A DNA stretch of 64,000 nt from a virus (Duplodnaviria; Caudoviricetes): IMG/VR virus record IMGVR_UViG_3300036783_000080, positions 86,651 to 150,650 of that record; one strand, 5' to 3'. Positions 7,301-16,325 of the stretch are shown in pieces. The translations under genes were made by a program, and so were the position numbers. Each line of letters starts with the position of its first letter. The stretch's first letter is position 1. The notes beneath the pieces were generated by a model. That model did not search any database, had not been told where the DNA came from, and saw only the letters and a list, made by a program, of their open reading frames with translations.

Positions 7301-9832
7301 TTATTTCTTTTTCTTATTGCCCACGCTCATTAACAAAAGCTCATCCTCAAGTATAGCTTCTTGTACTTCTTCTATCGGCTTTCCATACTTCGTTAAACAT
7401 TCTTTGATATATTCAGAATTGTCATATACTTGTAACCCACGTTTGTATGGTAAATCGTTCATCTTAACTCGGATAACTGGTTGATTCTTCTTATCTGCCA
7501 ATACTCCAACCATAGCTTCATGCATTTTAAGCTCCATACAGTCTTCTAAACTGAAATCTGGTTCAATACGATGCAAGAACTTCTTCCATAACTTATCACT
7601 ATTTTGTTTTAATACAACAAAGTTACAACCAGAAGATATCATTATGTCTCCTAAATCTTTAGGAATCTGTGCGAAGTCGTGGAATAAACTAAACACACAT
7701 AATCCGAACTTTCGTGACTCTGGATAGATTTCTTCAAGCGTTGAAGCTAATGATTTAGTAAGGAATTGATGTGGCTCGTTCATTACAAGATAGGATTGAC
7801 AATACTTTCCTTGTCGCTTCATAGCTTGTTTTGCCAACCAAGTCTTAACTGTTAACCAATGAACCAAAGTTCTTATCCCTGTTGAAGTGAATATATCTTT
7901 CGGAACTTTACAAATAATAACCTTCCCATCATACAACCATTCGTCAAAGTTGATAGAGCCATCACCTTGTTGTCCAAAGATAACTTTTAATGCTGGGTCA
8001 CCGACAAGTTTGTGTAAGCGATTCAGGATTGGGTCGGCAATCTGTTTCTTTCGTCCATCTCCAATCTCTTGATAGAGCTTCCAGAAAGCCGCTGTTGAGA
8101 TGTCTTTTCTCTTTTCGCAGTCAGCTATTGTCTTTTCAAGGAACTCAGGAGATGTAAACATTAAGCCCATCTGAATAACTGTTCCATTTGGTAATGCTTT
8201 CGCCGCTTCTCTCAAATAACGTTCCGTTTGAACGCCAGCTTCATCCTCTGTTTCAAAGAACTTCACCAATTCAGAAGCGAACTTGTTTTGTGTAAATCGG
8301 TCTTCCGTTCTCATTGCCTCAACCCAATCTAAATACGGCACATACTCTTCATTTCCGAAATCTAACACTACAAGCTTCTCTGGAGGTAATGTTTTGATAA
8401 TCGCATCCGACATCCCTCTGTCAACTTCGTCAACTACGTCCAATATAACCGCCCCTTTACCCATCAGAGCGTTTTCAACTATAAAGTTAGCGGCGAACGT
8501 ATCTTTTCCACTTCCCATAATACCAGAGCTTATAATTGGAAGCATAGCTTCATCAGGATTATCAGCAGGAAAGAACGTTTCAAACTCTTCTCCTTTATAG
8601 GAAGTTTTACCAAGGAAGACTCCAGTTGGTTTCAAGAACACATCAGGAATCCCAACTTCAGACCTTTGTAGCACATCCATTTTATCTCCATAAATCTTCT
8701 GAAGCTTTGAAGTTGGAAGTTGCATAACCTTTCCCAGCTCTCTATCACACATTATCATATAATCTGTATCGGCTACAGATAGCGGCGTCACCTTATGTTC
8801 ACTTATTTCTTTATGAGCCATTTTAAAGAAAGAGCTTGAAGGATTCTCATATATAGTCGTTCTTATGAGAGCGTTGTTGGAATCCTTCAAATCATCAAAA
8901 GCATTCGTCAAAGATTTCATATTCATCGTTCTTCTCACTTCATCTGTACTATGACTTGCTACACGGATATTTGCTTTGAATACTGGAGCTGTCTGTTTAT
9001 ATCCAGTTTGTCTTGAAATCCCTCCCACTTCTCTTGTCTCTGCTGAAGCGTGGTTGACAACTATTTGTTGAGTTTTCTGTTTCTTGAACGCTATTGAATG
9101 AAGCTCTCTAAACATAAGAGACAATTTATGGAAAGCTATGTCACTCAATCCAAATAACGCTCCTATGACTCCATCTTTGGTGATTCTTAATCTTATTGGA
9201 GCTTTACCCTTCAATGTTTTCTTATGCCACTCTTCGCACTTGTAAGACCAGTAATTCATATCAGAGGGTTTAACCCTCATAGAGAACTTAAGTACGTCAC
9301 CTTCTCGGATATCTTCAGAGCAAGCCAGTACATCTTGTACTGGTTGAGCTTGCTCCCCATAATCCGTTTTAATACTGAAGAAGTTATGTCTTTGTAAATT
9401 CATATCGGCTATGGTTGTATCATCATAAGGAATCGCTGTTTCAGAAACATCAACCTCCTCAATTGGAGCTTTCGGAAATGATTGTGTAAGTTTTAATAGT
9501 ACAAAATCAGCATTCTCTTCGTAGCAGACCACATAGAAGCTTATTTCATTTTCTTTCATCATTATCTCATACCATATATAGTCTGTGGACGGTTTGAATA
9601 CCATTTTGTACCCTTTCTTTTCCTTCTTCATAAACGTATCAGCCACTAAATTCTTCACGCCGCTCGTTACTTGTTGCATAACGTTCTTACTTTCTAGTTC
9701 AGCCACATCCTTGAAGAACTTATAGTTGGAGTGGTTTGTTATGGACTTATCTGGAACAATTTTAAAGCAAACCAGATTCTGTTTCTGTACTTCAAAGAGT
9801 TGAGGAATACTTCTCCAATTAGTTGAACTCAT
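7301..9832 (-). CDS. VirB4/VirD4/HerA-FtsK superfamily P-loop ATPase
   Basis: GIMGSGKDT Walker A, VILD, LVMNEPHQF Walker-B-like, ESRKFGL; long N-terminal domain as in conjugative coupling-like ATPases. Confidence 0.75.
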   Translation of the reverse strand: MSSTNWRSIPQLFEVQKQNLVCFKIVPDKSITNHSNYKFFKDVAELESKNVMQQVTSGVKNLVADTFMKKEKKGYKMVFKPSTDYIWYEIMMKENEISFYVVCYEENADFVLLKLTQSFPKAPIEEVDVSETAIPYDDTTIADMNLQRHNFFSIKTDYGEQAQPVQDVLACSEDIREGDVLKFSMRVKPSDMNYWSYKCEEWHKKTLKGKAPIRLRITKDGVIGALFGLSDIAFHKLSLMFRELHSIAFKKQKTQQIVVNHASAETREVGGISRQTGYKQTAPVFKANIRVASHSTDEVRRTMNMKSLTNAFDDLKDSNNALIRTTIYENPSSSFFKMAHKEISEHKVTPLSVADTDYMIMCDRELGKVMQLPTSKLQKIYGDKMDVLQRSEVGIPDVFLKPTGVFLGKTSYKGEEFETFFPADNPDEAMLPIISSGIMGSGKDTFAANFIVENALMGKGAVILDVVDEVDRGMSDAIIKTLPPEKLVVLDFGNEEYVPYLDWVEAMRTEDRFTQNKFASELVKFFETEDEAGVQTERYLREAAKALPNGTVIQMGLMFTSPEFLEKTIADCEKRKDISTAAFWKLYQEIGDGRKKQIADPILNRLHKLVGDPALKVIFGQQGDGSINFDEWLYDGKVIICKVPKDIFTSTGIRTLVHWLTVKTWLAKQAMKRQGKYCQSYLVMNEPHQFLTKSLASTLEEIYPESRKFGLCVFSLFHDFAQIPKDLGDIMISSGCNFVVLKQNSDKLWKKFLHRIEPDFSLEDCMELKMHEAMVGVLADKKNQPVIRVKMNDLPYKRGLQVYDNSEYIKECLTKYGKPIEEVQEAILEDELLLMSVGNKKKK

Positions 9833-10370
9833 GACTAATCACCCGTATGATAGCACCCAACGCCCAAGCCATCATTCCCCACACATAAGGTTTTCCGTTG
9901 CCCCAAGCCATCGTTAGTATGAAGCAGCAAAGACCTACTGTTGTCAACGCTAAAGGACTGACTTCAAGTGTCTTAATAAACAACCAGTGAAATCCGTCTA
10001 ACATCGCTTGACCTACTGGAGCAAATATTGAGTTGATAACTCCTCCATCGTTTTCAGCTATGTCTTTTATGTTATGAACGTGCTCATTTAGAAACCCTTG
10101 CGGGATTGTTACGTGTGGTGCGGTTGGGTCTACAAGTATTTCTGTTCCATCTGGAGCTGAAGTTGCTTCTGGTATCTTAAATTCATGTAATGGTGGCGGC
10201 TCTGGGTTTGGTTGTAGTATCTCTGAAGGAGATGGAAGTGTTGGAGATACTGGTTGACTCCCGTGAAGGTTGAAGTTGAATGGGTTACTGTTTTGTACAG
10301 GCGGCTGTTCTCTTAATGGTGCCAAAGCAATTTTAATCGTATGGAATCCGCTTTTCATTTCAATCACCAT
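9819..10370 (-). CDS. proline-rich membrane protein
   Basis: Pro-rich N-terminus; two or three hydrophobic C-terminal helices; overlaps ATPase start. Confidence 0.7.
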   Translation of the reverse strand: MVIEMKSGFHTIKIALAPLREQPPVQNSNPFNFNLHGSQPVSPTLPSPSEILQPNPEPPPLHEFKIPEATSAPDGTEILVDPTAPHVTIPQGFLNEHVHNIKDIAENDGGVINSIFAPVGQAMLDGFHWLFIKTLEVSPLALTTVGLCCFILTMAWGNGKPYVWGMMAWALGAIIRVISHEFN

Positions 10371-10447
10371 CCTATTATTAGTCTAACGATACTAATGATA
10401 ATTCCACCAACCATAAGAAATTCAGCAATAAGTTTTACCTTTTTCAT
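10364..10447 (-). CDS. 27-aa single-TM peptide MKKVKLIAEFLMVGGIIISIVRLIIGW
   Basis: Hand-translated; RBS AAGGAG; fills the gap in the operon. Confidence 0.6.
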   Translation of the reverse strand: MKKVKLIAEFLMVGGIIISIVRLIIGW

Positions 10448-10458
10448 TTTATCTCTCC

Positions 10459-10878
10459 TTATAGTTGATTTAAGAAACCAATCCAAGCATCTACTTTTCT
10501 TGTTGTAATGTAACCAAGAGATAACCAGAACAATCTTTCCATCCCAATCTTCCCGTTACCAGTCATAATTGCGATACCAGCAATCATACCAAAGATTTTC
10601 GCTATTGGGTCAAGAAGTTCCAACAATTTATTTATAAGATGTTCCCATCCAACTTCTGAAGATGCGGCAACAGTCGTTACTGCCGTTGTAGCGGCGTATA
10701 CTGCTAATGGAGGTACGGGAGCGTGGAAGATAGCGATAGTTGAAACAACGCCAACCTTGAATGCTAACTTGTAAGCGTTTTTCTTTCTTTCAGCTTTCTT
10801 GATTTCCTTCTTATTCAAAACCACTTTCTCCCCACGACAGAATGATTTGAAGTCTAACACTTCTTTATGCTTTTTCAT
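10459..10878 (-). CDS. TrbC/VirB2-pilin-like membrane protein
   Basis: Basic N-terminus, signal-like segment ending AVYA, helical hairpin PIAKIFGMIAGIAIMTG...LFWLSLGYI. Confidence 0.5.
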   Translation of the reverse strand: MKKHKEVLDFKSFCRGEKVVLNKKEIKKAERKKNAYKLAFKVGVVSTIAIFHAPVPPLAVYAATTAVTTVAASSEVGWEHLINKLLELLDPIAKIFGMIAGIAIMTGNGKIGMERLFWLSLGYITTRKVDAWIGFLNQL

Positions 10879-10976
10879 TTTTTCTTCCCTCCAAGTTTGC
10901 TCTTTAGTATTAGGTAAGTCCCAAAGCTGACTGAAGCAAATCCCGTCAGATACACCGCAACTCCTACAATAGTCAT
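10875..10976 (-). CDS. 33-aa single-TM peptide MTIVGVAVYLTGFASVSFGTYLILKSKLGGKKK
   Basis: Hand-translated; RBS GGAGG; ATGA overlap with next gene. Confidence 0.6.
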   Translation of the reverse strand: MTIVGVAVYLTGFASVSFGTYLILKSKLGGKKK

Positions 10977-11063
10977 TTTATCCCTCCAGTAATCAGTTGC
11001 TTAATATAAGATACGTTGTGGGTGCGTCCTATATTCCGCTTTATTTTAAAATTTATTTTTAGA

Positions 11064-11098
11064 CAAAAAGAAAGGATTCCCGTTGATTACAGGAATCC
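11064..11098 (-). terminator. intrinsic terminator
   Basis: GGATTCC/GGAATCC stem plus TTTCTTTTT on the minus strand. Confidence 0.7.
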
Positions 11099-11286
11099 AA
11101 GTATATCCACCAAGTGAGGGCAAAGTATCTCTAAAGACACCCGCTTAAAAGCAAGTGTATTCGCACGCTCGTGAATTCAACCCCATCTATTGTTAAAGTT
11201 TTTTGCAGAAAGTCAAAATTCAGGTCGTATAACTTTTATGCGTCAGGGCATAATAGAAGTAACCCACAGGAAAGGATGAGTGTTCT

Positions 11287-11361
11287 ATGGTAGCAGGAGT
11301 GGAGTACATTATCATAGGCTATGTCCTCATGGCCATTGGAGAGTTCATAATTAAACTTTAA
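11287..11361 (+). CDS. 24-aa hydrophobic peptide MVAGVEYIIIGYVLMAIGEFIIKL
   Basis: Hand-translated; purine-rich AGGAAAGGATGAG upstream; ends before a hairpin. Confidence 0.4.
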   Translation: MVAGVEYIIIGYVLMAIGEFIIKL

Positions 11362-11368
11362 ATAAAAC

Positions 11369-11396
11369 AGGAGCAACTTCATCAGTTGCTCCTTAC
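11369..11396. terminator. probable bidirectional terminator
   Basis: AGGAGCAACT/AGTTGCTCCT inverted repeat with T-rich flanks on both strands. Confidence 0.7.
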
Positions 11397-11660
11397 TTTT
11401 TCTTTCGCCGCTATTTGATTTAAGAGAAGTTTTCCCCAACGATTTAAAACGATTCTTTTTGCCACCGCATCGTTACTTACTATCTCAACCGCTTTAAGGA
11501 GAGAATACTTTTGTTTCAAGCCGCTCGCAAACTCTTCCTTCATGTTTACGTAATCTTTTGTTATTGTATCTAATCCTTGATTTATTAAGGAAGTTCTGTC
11601 TTTTGTATCCATAATGTATGTAGCACCAGTATTCTTATTCATAATTGTTAACGTAAACAT
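11382..11660 (-). CDS. hypothetical early protein
   Basis: ORF track; start MFTLTIM after AAGGAG. Confidence 0.7.
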   Translation of the reverse strand: MFTLTIMNKNTGATYIMDTKDRTSLINQGLDTITKDYVNMKEEFASGLKQKYSLLKAVEIVSNDAVAKRIVLNRWGKLLLNQIAAKEKVRSN

Positions 11661-11714
11661 ATTAACCGCTCCTTTTTCCACTTGGTAATTGTTCTTTATT
11701 AACTTACAAGAACA

Positions 11715-11743
11715 ATCATATTATAGCTTGTCCCAATAGTCAA
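11715..11743 (-). promoter_or_regulatory. sigmaA-type early promoter
   Basis: TTGACT-N17-TATGAT. Confidence 0.7.
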
Positions 11744-11785
11744 GTGCTTATCCGTAAAATTTTGAAAATAAAAAGAGAGCAATTT

Positions 11786-12436
11786 TCATCGCTCTCTTCT
11801 CGGTACTTCGAACTTGAACAATACATCGTCTTCTGTCTCAAGTTCTTTTATATTCTCCAGTAAGATATCCATTTGTTTCAGATTCTCTTCAATCTCCAAG
11901 TTCTCCTCTTGAAGCTCCTGTTGTTGTCGTAGCTTCTTAACAAGAAAATGAAGCCTAGTGTGGATTGTACTAACGTTGACACCCTCTTCTTCCGCTAGTG
12001 AGTGAACGCTTCGTTTATCCCGTAGGATGGACAAGAACAGTTGTTTCTGTTTCTTTCCCATACTGAAATCATCGTCCCAGCTTAGTATGTTTATTAAATC
12101 TTCCAATTCATCCCGTTCTTCAAAACAATCTTTACCAAAAGTTATTTCATCGTTGGTAAAGCCTTCAACAACCGTTTCATTCTTTCGCAGTTTAATCGTC
12201 TTTGTAATAAAATGATATGTCCTTAGTTCTAACATTCGCTTGATATAGAAAGGAAAATCAACACCCACTCGTTTATTATATTCAACCACCAGTTTGGCGA
12301 ATATACTGTTGATTTCTGACATTAAGTCCTCTTTGTCCTCAAGCTTGCTAAACATTGGATGAAAACGTTTATATGTGGCTAGAATTAAGGGACGGTACTT
12401 TTTCATCAGTTCCACGATATCCTTCATAGTTACCAC
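11786..12436 (-). CDS. RNA polymerase sigma factor (putative late sigma, SPO1 gp34-like)
   Basis: Region 2 EDLMSE...DFPFYIKRML; region 4 HTH SLAEEEGVNVSTIHTR. Confidence 0.8.
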   Translation of the reverse strand: MVTMKDIVELMKKYRPLILATYKRFHPMFSKLEDKEDLMSEINSIFAKLVVEYNKRVGVDFPFYIKRMLELRTYHFITKTIKLRKNETVVEGFTNDEITFGKDCFEERDELEDLINILSWDDDFSMGKKQKQLFLSILRDKRSVHSLAEEEGVNVSTIHTRLHFLVKKLRQQQELQEENLEIEENLKQMDILLENIKELETEDDVLFKFEVPRRER

Positions 12437-12750
12437 TCCAATAATTCGATTGTGTCCATTCCACAGAGTACTGAAGCATAGTTTACTGAAAAGTAAAGAT
12501 ATCCTCTTTCACCCTCCAAATTGAACGTTTCCTTCTTTAATAATACGTGATGTTCATACGTCTTTTCGATTAAAACAAGTTGCGGCTGTTTGATATTGGG
12601 ATTTTGTTGAGTTTTCCAAATAGCTATCTGTCCCACTATTTGCTCAAATTGATTTCTGTACATACCATAAGTGACGTCAGCCTGTGTCTTTCCTTTTATG
12701 GAATAGACATCTTTGTATGACTGTTCTAGGATTTCTTTTAAATATCCCAT
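12430..12750 (-). CDS. hypothetical protein (possible gp33-like late co-factor by size and position)
   Basis: 106-aa ORF overlapping the sigma gene; function from synteny only. Confidence 0.45.
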   Translation of the reverse strand: MGYLKEILEQSYKDVYSIKGKTQADVTYGMYRNQFEQIVGQIAIWKTQQNPNIKQPQLVLIEKTYEHHVLLKKETFNLEGERGYLYFSVNYASVLCGMDTIELLEW

Positions 12751-12754
12751 ACTA

Positions 12755-14011
12755 TCACTTGTCTAATCTGAATCTTTTAAACTGAGGAAACCGCAGCGAC
12801 TGCGTACCCTTCTGGTTGCTAGATTCTTCTTGAGCTTCTACCTCAATAATTTTCCCAATGTATTCATTTGGATTTCTCCAAACATCATCACGCAGCTTAT
12901 CTTTCATACCTGAAACATTTACAGTATTTCCTTTATATTCACATACAAACGCCCCAAGAGTATTCGCATACTTCCCGTGCGGGTCACCTTGCTCCACACC
13001 AACAATCTCTAAATCAAAAGTATCAACAGGCTTGATTTTTAACCAAGAACTTTGTTTACCTTGTTTATAGAAGCTGTCAGCATCTTTGACCATAATCCCT
13101 TCAAATCCGTTGTCAAGACAAACTTGATAGTATTCATCAATTTTAGGAGAATCACCTGGAAGTACATCTGAGAATGCCACCAAACGAGTGTCTTTCTTGT
13201 CTTCTTGTTTCTCAAAGATTTCTTTGAGTTGAAGTTTACGCTCTTTTAGTGTAAGTTTTGACTGGTTATCCCAGAACTCTTGTTCGTCAGCAAGATAGTC
13301 AAAGAAATTACAGTAAGCTTCTTTGCCTTCCGCATTAGCAAACGTTGAGTTTTGCATCTCAGTAAAGTGATTGTTTTTCCCTGTTAATTCTGCGTCATAT
13401 ACGCCATCAGGGAACTTCGCCAGCTCTTTCTCCAAGGAAGCAAACCCAACAATGATATGGCCATTTCTGGAGCGTATAGTGACAGTATCACCTTTGACGA
13501 AGATAACAGCACGATAGCCATCCAGTTTAGGCTCAATAATGACAAACTTGGCTCTCTTCTTGACCTTTTGCCAAGCTTTCGCTAACATACATTCAAACGT
13601 TGGAATTGTTCCAGGAATTATCTTGTTCACAGTCTTCGCTGAAACTCCAACTTTCAAGTCTCTTCTGATAATGCGTCCGTACCAGAGTTGTTCTGGTACG
13701 CTTACACTATTCATAAAGTTGTTAACGATTCCAATTGCTTCACCGCCTGTAAATGTTCTGTTGTTTAATTCCATCAGAATGCGGTCTAGCTTGGCGAATG
13801 CTTCCTCATTAATAGTTTTACTTGGATCAGCAGTTACTTCACCATATTCCTTCAATCCAAAGGTGATAAAGTCATTGAATGTTAAGAAGAAAATTCTTCT
13901 AAGCGTTTCATTGTCTTTTCCCTTTTCTAAAATGGCCAACTTTTCATTCTTTTTCGTTGTACTTCCCAGCTCGTCAAGAAGTTTGAACGCTTGTTCTAAC
14001 AAATGAAACAT
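12755..14011 (-). CDS. ATP-dependent DNA ligase
   Basis: EPKLDGYR, YDAEL, FEGIMVK, WLKIKP, SLRFPQF. Confidence 0.95.
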   Translation of the reverse strand: MFHLLEQAFKLLDELGSTTKKNEKLAILEKGKDNETLRRIFFLTFNDFITFGLKEYGEVTADPSKTINEEAFAKLDRILMELNNRTFTGGEAIGIVNNFMNSVSVPEQLWYGRIIRRDLKVGVSAKTVNKIIPGTIPTFECMLAKAWQKVKKRAKFVIIEPKLDGYRAVIFVKGDTVTIRSRNGHIIVGFASLEKELAKFPDGVYDAELTGKNNHFTEMQNSTFANAEGKEAYCNFFDYLADEQEFWDNQSKLTLKERKLQLKEIFEKQEDKKDTRLVAFSDVLPGDSPKIDEYYQVCLDNGFEGIMVKDADSFYKQGKQSSWLKIKPVDTFDLEIVGVEQGDPHGKYANTLGAFVCEYKGNTVNVSGMKDKLRDDVWRNPNEYIGKIIEVEAQEESSNQKGTQSLRFPQFKRFRLDK

Positions 14012-14016
14012 CCCCT

Positions 14017-14502
14017 TTAGCCCATTTTTACGATGATTTTGTCCAATCCTTCACGTTTGCGTTTCTCTTTACGTTTAACAGACATATACTCATTCACGAA
14101 CTCCAATACTTGCGATTGGTGAAGGAAGAATAAGCGATGTGCCTTTTTCTCGTGTAAGAAGTTCTTAATTGACTGACTTGGTTTCCAGCCAACTACTTTA
14201 CCTGTGAACCCGTGAGTGTCATACTGTTTCAATGTGTTCTCTAGTTCAGAGGTAATGTTAAGAAAATCACTGAATCGTAAAGCATCTTGACTCTTCAGTC
14301 CATTATGATTATACGCTGTAAACGTCCCTACATAAAATCCTGTTTTGCCTAATGGAGCCAAATGAATTACTACACCACCTGGGTATGCATCGTGATTATC
14401 ATATTCTCGTAATTCCCAATGGAAACTTCTCATAGCGTTATCCACCGTCATAGTGTTATCCATATACTTATCATGTTGTTCATTATTCATAATCTGTCCC
14501 AT
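14017..14502 (-). CDS. hypothetical protein (161 aa)
   Basis: ORF track. Confidence 0.7.
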   Translation of the reverse strand: MGQIMNNEQHDKYMDNTMTVDNAMRSFHWELREYDNHDAYPGGVVIHLAPLGKTGFYVGTFTAYNHNGLKSQDALRFSDFLNITSELENTLKQYDTHGFTGKVVGWKPSQSIKNFLHEKKAHRLFFLHQSQVLEFVNEYMSVKRKEKRKREGLDKIIVKMG

Positions 14503-14519
14503 ATCTCATATCCCCTTTA

Positions 14520-15482
14520 TTAGTTCAAATTTTTAAATGGTTTTGACCAAGTTTTCAGTTGTTTCAAAATACTTACCATCTGTTTTTCCATCAGAAACTC
14601 TTTTACTTTCTTCTCATCAAAGGATTCTTCTTTCTCAAGCTCCTCCAATACATAAGGCTCAAGATGTTCCATCGGAATTCGTTCCATATTCATCAAAGCA
14701 TCATTTCTGTCCAGAATCTCAATATTGTCAAATATCTTCGCAAATGATTTCTTTTGAATTAGGATTGGTTTTGCTCTCAGAATCCCTTCAATGCTTCCAA
14801 ACTCTTTTAGAAGTTTCATAGCTCGTACTTCACCAATACCAGGAATCCCAGGAATCTCATCACTAGAATCACCAACAAGCTTTCGCATCTCCAAATACTG
14901 TTCTTTAGCAATCCCTTTCTCTTCCTCAAAGTTATCAGGAGTGTAAAGAGTTTCTTTGTATGGAGACCAAACAAAAACTCTATCGGACACAAGCTGAAGC
15001 ATATCTTGGTCAGTCGATACTACTACACATTTTTCTTCTACACTTTTTGTAACTGTATAGATAAGGTCATCAGCTTCCCAATCGTAAATCTGTAAGGACT
15101 TAATACCAAAGTAAGGTAGCGTGTTCTGAAGCGTGTTCATTTGATTCTTGAATGCTTCATAATCCGCTTTTTCTTCTGGTGTTTTCTCCTCTTTGCGTTT
15201 GTGTCTCTTTTCCTTGTAACCTGAGTATATATTCTTTCGGAATACGCTTGAAGAGATATCCCAAGTGAAAACTACACGCTCAAACTTCTCTTCAATTCCT
15301 AGTTGTTCTGACAACGCATCATAGATGTGATTGTGATATCCATCTTCTGAAGGTTTGAGATAAGACTGAACCATTTGTAGTGAACCGTATATTGCGCCAG
15401 TCTTCTCTCCTTGCTTCGTCACCAAGTCTTGAGTCTGATTGGCACGAGCAGCAAGGTTGTTAGCGTCAATTACTAAAATCAT
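14520..15482 (-). CDS. 5'-3' exonuclease / flap endonuclease
   Basis: VIDANN, FRKNIYSGYK, EADD, STDQDMLQL, GDSSDEIPGIPGIG. Confidence 0.95.
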   Translation of the reverse strand: MILVIDANNLAARANQTQDLVTKQGEKTGAIYGSLQMVQSYLKPSEDGYHNHIYDALSEQLGIEEKFERVVFTWDISSSVFRKNIYSGYKEKRHKRKEEKTPEEKADYEAFKNQMNTLQNTLPYFGIKSLQIYDWEADDLIYTVTKSVEEKCVVVSTDQDMLQLVSDRVFVWSPYKETLYTPDNFEEEKGIAKEQYLEMRKLVGDSSDEIPGIPGIGEVRAMKLLKEFGSIEGILRAKPILIQKKSFAKIFDNIEILDRNDALMNMERIPMEHLEPYVLEELEKEESFDEKKVKEFLMEKQMVSILKQLKTWSKPFKNLN

Positions 15483-15510
15483 TTTATAACCTCCTCTTTC
15501 ATCTTACACA

Positions 15511-15543
15511 TAATAAAACGAGTCCCACATAAAATTTTCTCCT
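15511..15543 (-). promoter_or_regulatory. phage middle-type promoter
   Basis: AGGAGA-N18-GTTTTATTA. Confidence 0.8.
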
Positions 15544-15568
15544 ATTAACATAGTATTTTCCCATAACC

Positions 15569-15850
15569 TTACATTGTTGTTGTATAGAAACCATAGATTG
15601 ATAAGTATTCATACACATCGACTACAGAAGTGTAATTGAGAACGGATTCTCTCACATCGTCTTCTAAACGTTCACTCGTACAGATTAAGCAGTCTGTGCT
15701 ATGGGAAGCGAACACTGAAATACAGTTGTCCTCTGTAACCCACTTCTGTAGGATTCCCAAAGCTTCTGGTGGGATTGTTTCATATCCTTTCTTCAAATAT
15801 CCAAATCCATATTGTTCCTCAAAAACATCTTTAACAATAACCGCTCTCAT
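15569..15850 (-). CDS. hypothetical protein (93 aa)
   Basis: ORF track; RBS AAGGAG. Confidence 0.7.
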   Translation of the reverse strand: MRAVIVKDVFEEQYGFGYLKKGYETIPPEALGILQKWVTEDNCISVFASHSTDCLICTSERLEDDVRESVLNYTSVVDVYEYLSIYGFYTTTM

Positions 15851-15899
15851 ATCAATTCTCCTTCCAAAATAAAAACGCCTGTTCTCACAGGCGTTCTCT

Positions 15900-16313
15900 T
15901 TATAGAGCTTCCCAAACCCAGTCTGAACTCAAATTATCGCTTGCAGATGGAACCCAAGGTGTAAATGTGTCACCCGTTTTAATGATTAAATACGGATTAA
16001 ATTTACAGATTGTTCCTTCAGGTAGTCCTGTTGCTTCAGCAGTGTTCTTATTGATTGCAATCCCATTCGGATATCCTTGTTGATAATAAACCGCCAACCC
16101 TTTTCCATTCCAACCATTTCGATAGATTTTACCACCTTGTGTTTCTAATAGATGTAAAACTTCATAGTATTTCAATCCTTCAGCTTTCTTGAAAGCATTG
16201 ATTGTGATTGTTTCAGCTACCAGATTGACGTTTGTTCCCATTTCAAGCATCGTATCGCCTACTTGACTTGTAACAGTAACTTTTGATTCAAAATTCTCTT
16301 TTTCGTTTTTCAT
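15900..16313 (-). CDS. DUF2829 / Tad2-like anti-defence nucleotide sponge
   Basis: KIYRNGWNGKG...PYLIIKT...PWVPSASDNLSSDW signature. Confidence 0.8.
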   Translation of the reverse strand: MKNEKENFESKVTVTSQVGDTMLEMGTNVNLVAETITINAFKKAEGLKYYEVLHLLETQGGKIYRNGWNGKGLAVYYQQGYPNGIAINKNTAEATGLPEGTICKFNPYLIIKTGDTFTPWVPSASDNLSSDWVWEAL

Positions 16314-16325
16314 TATAGATTCCTC

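Noticed and set aside
7301-10976. Integrated conjugative element
   Set aside because: No integrase, relaxase, att repeats or obvious compositional break
11100-11230. tRNA or tmRNA gene
   Set aside because: No cloverleaf, T-loop GTTCRA or acceptor stem found
11236-11439. 67-aa minus-strand ORF
   Set aside because: Runs through a terminator, overlaps the upstream gene and lacks an RBS
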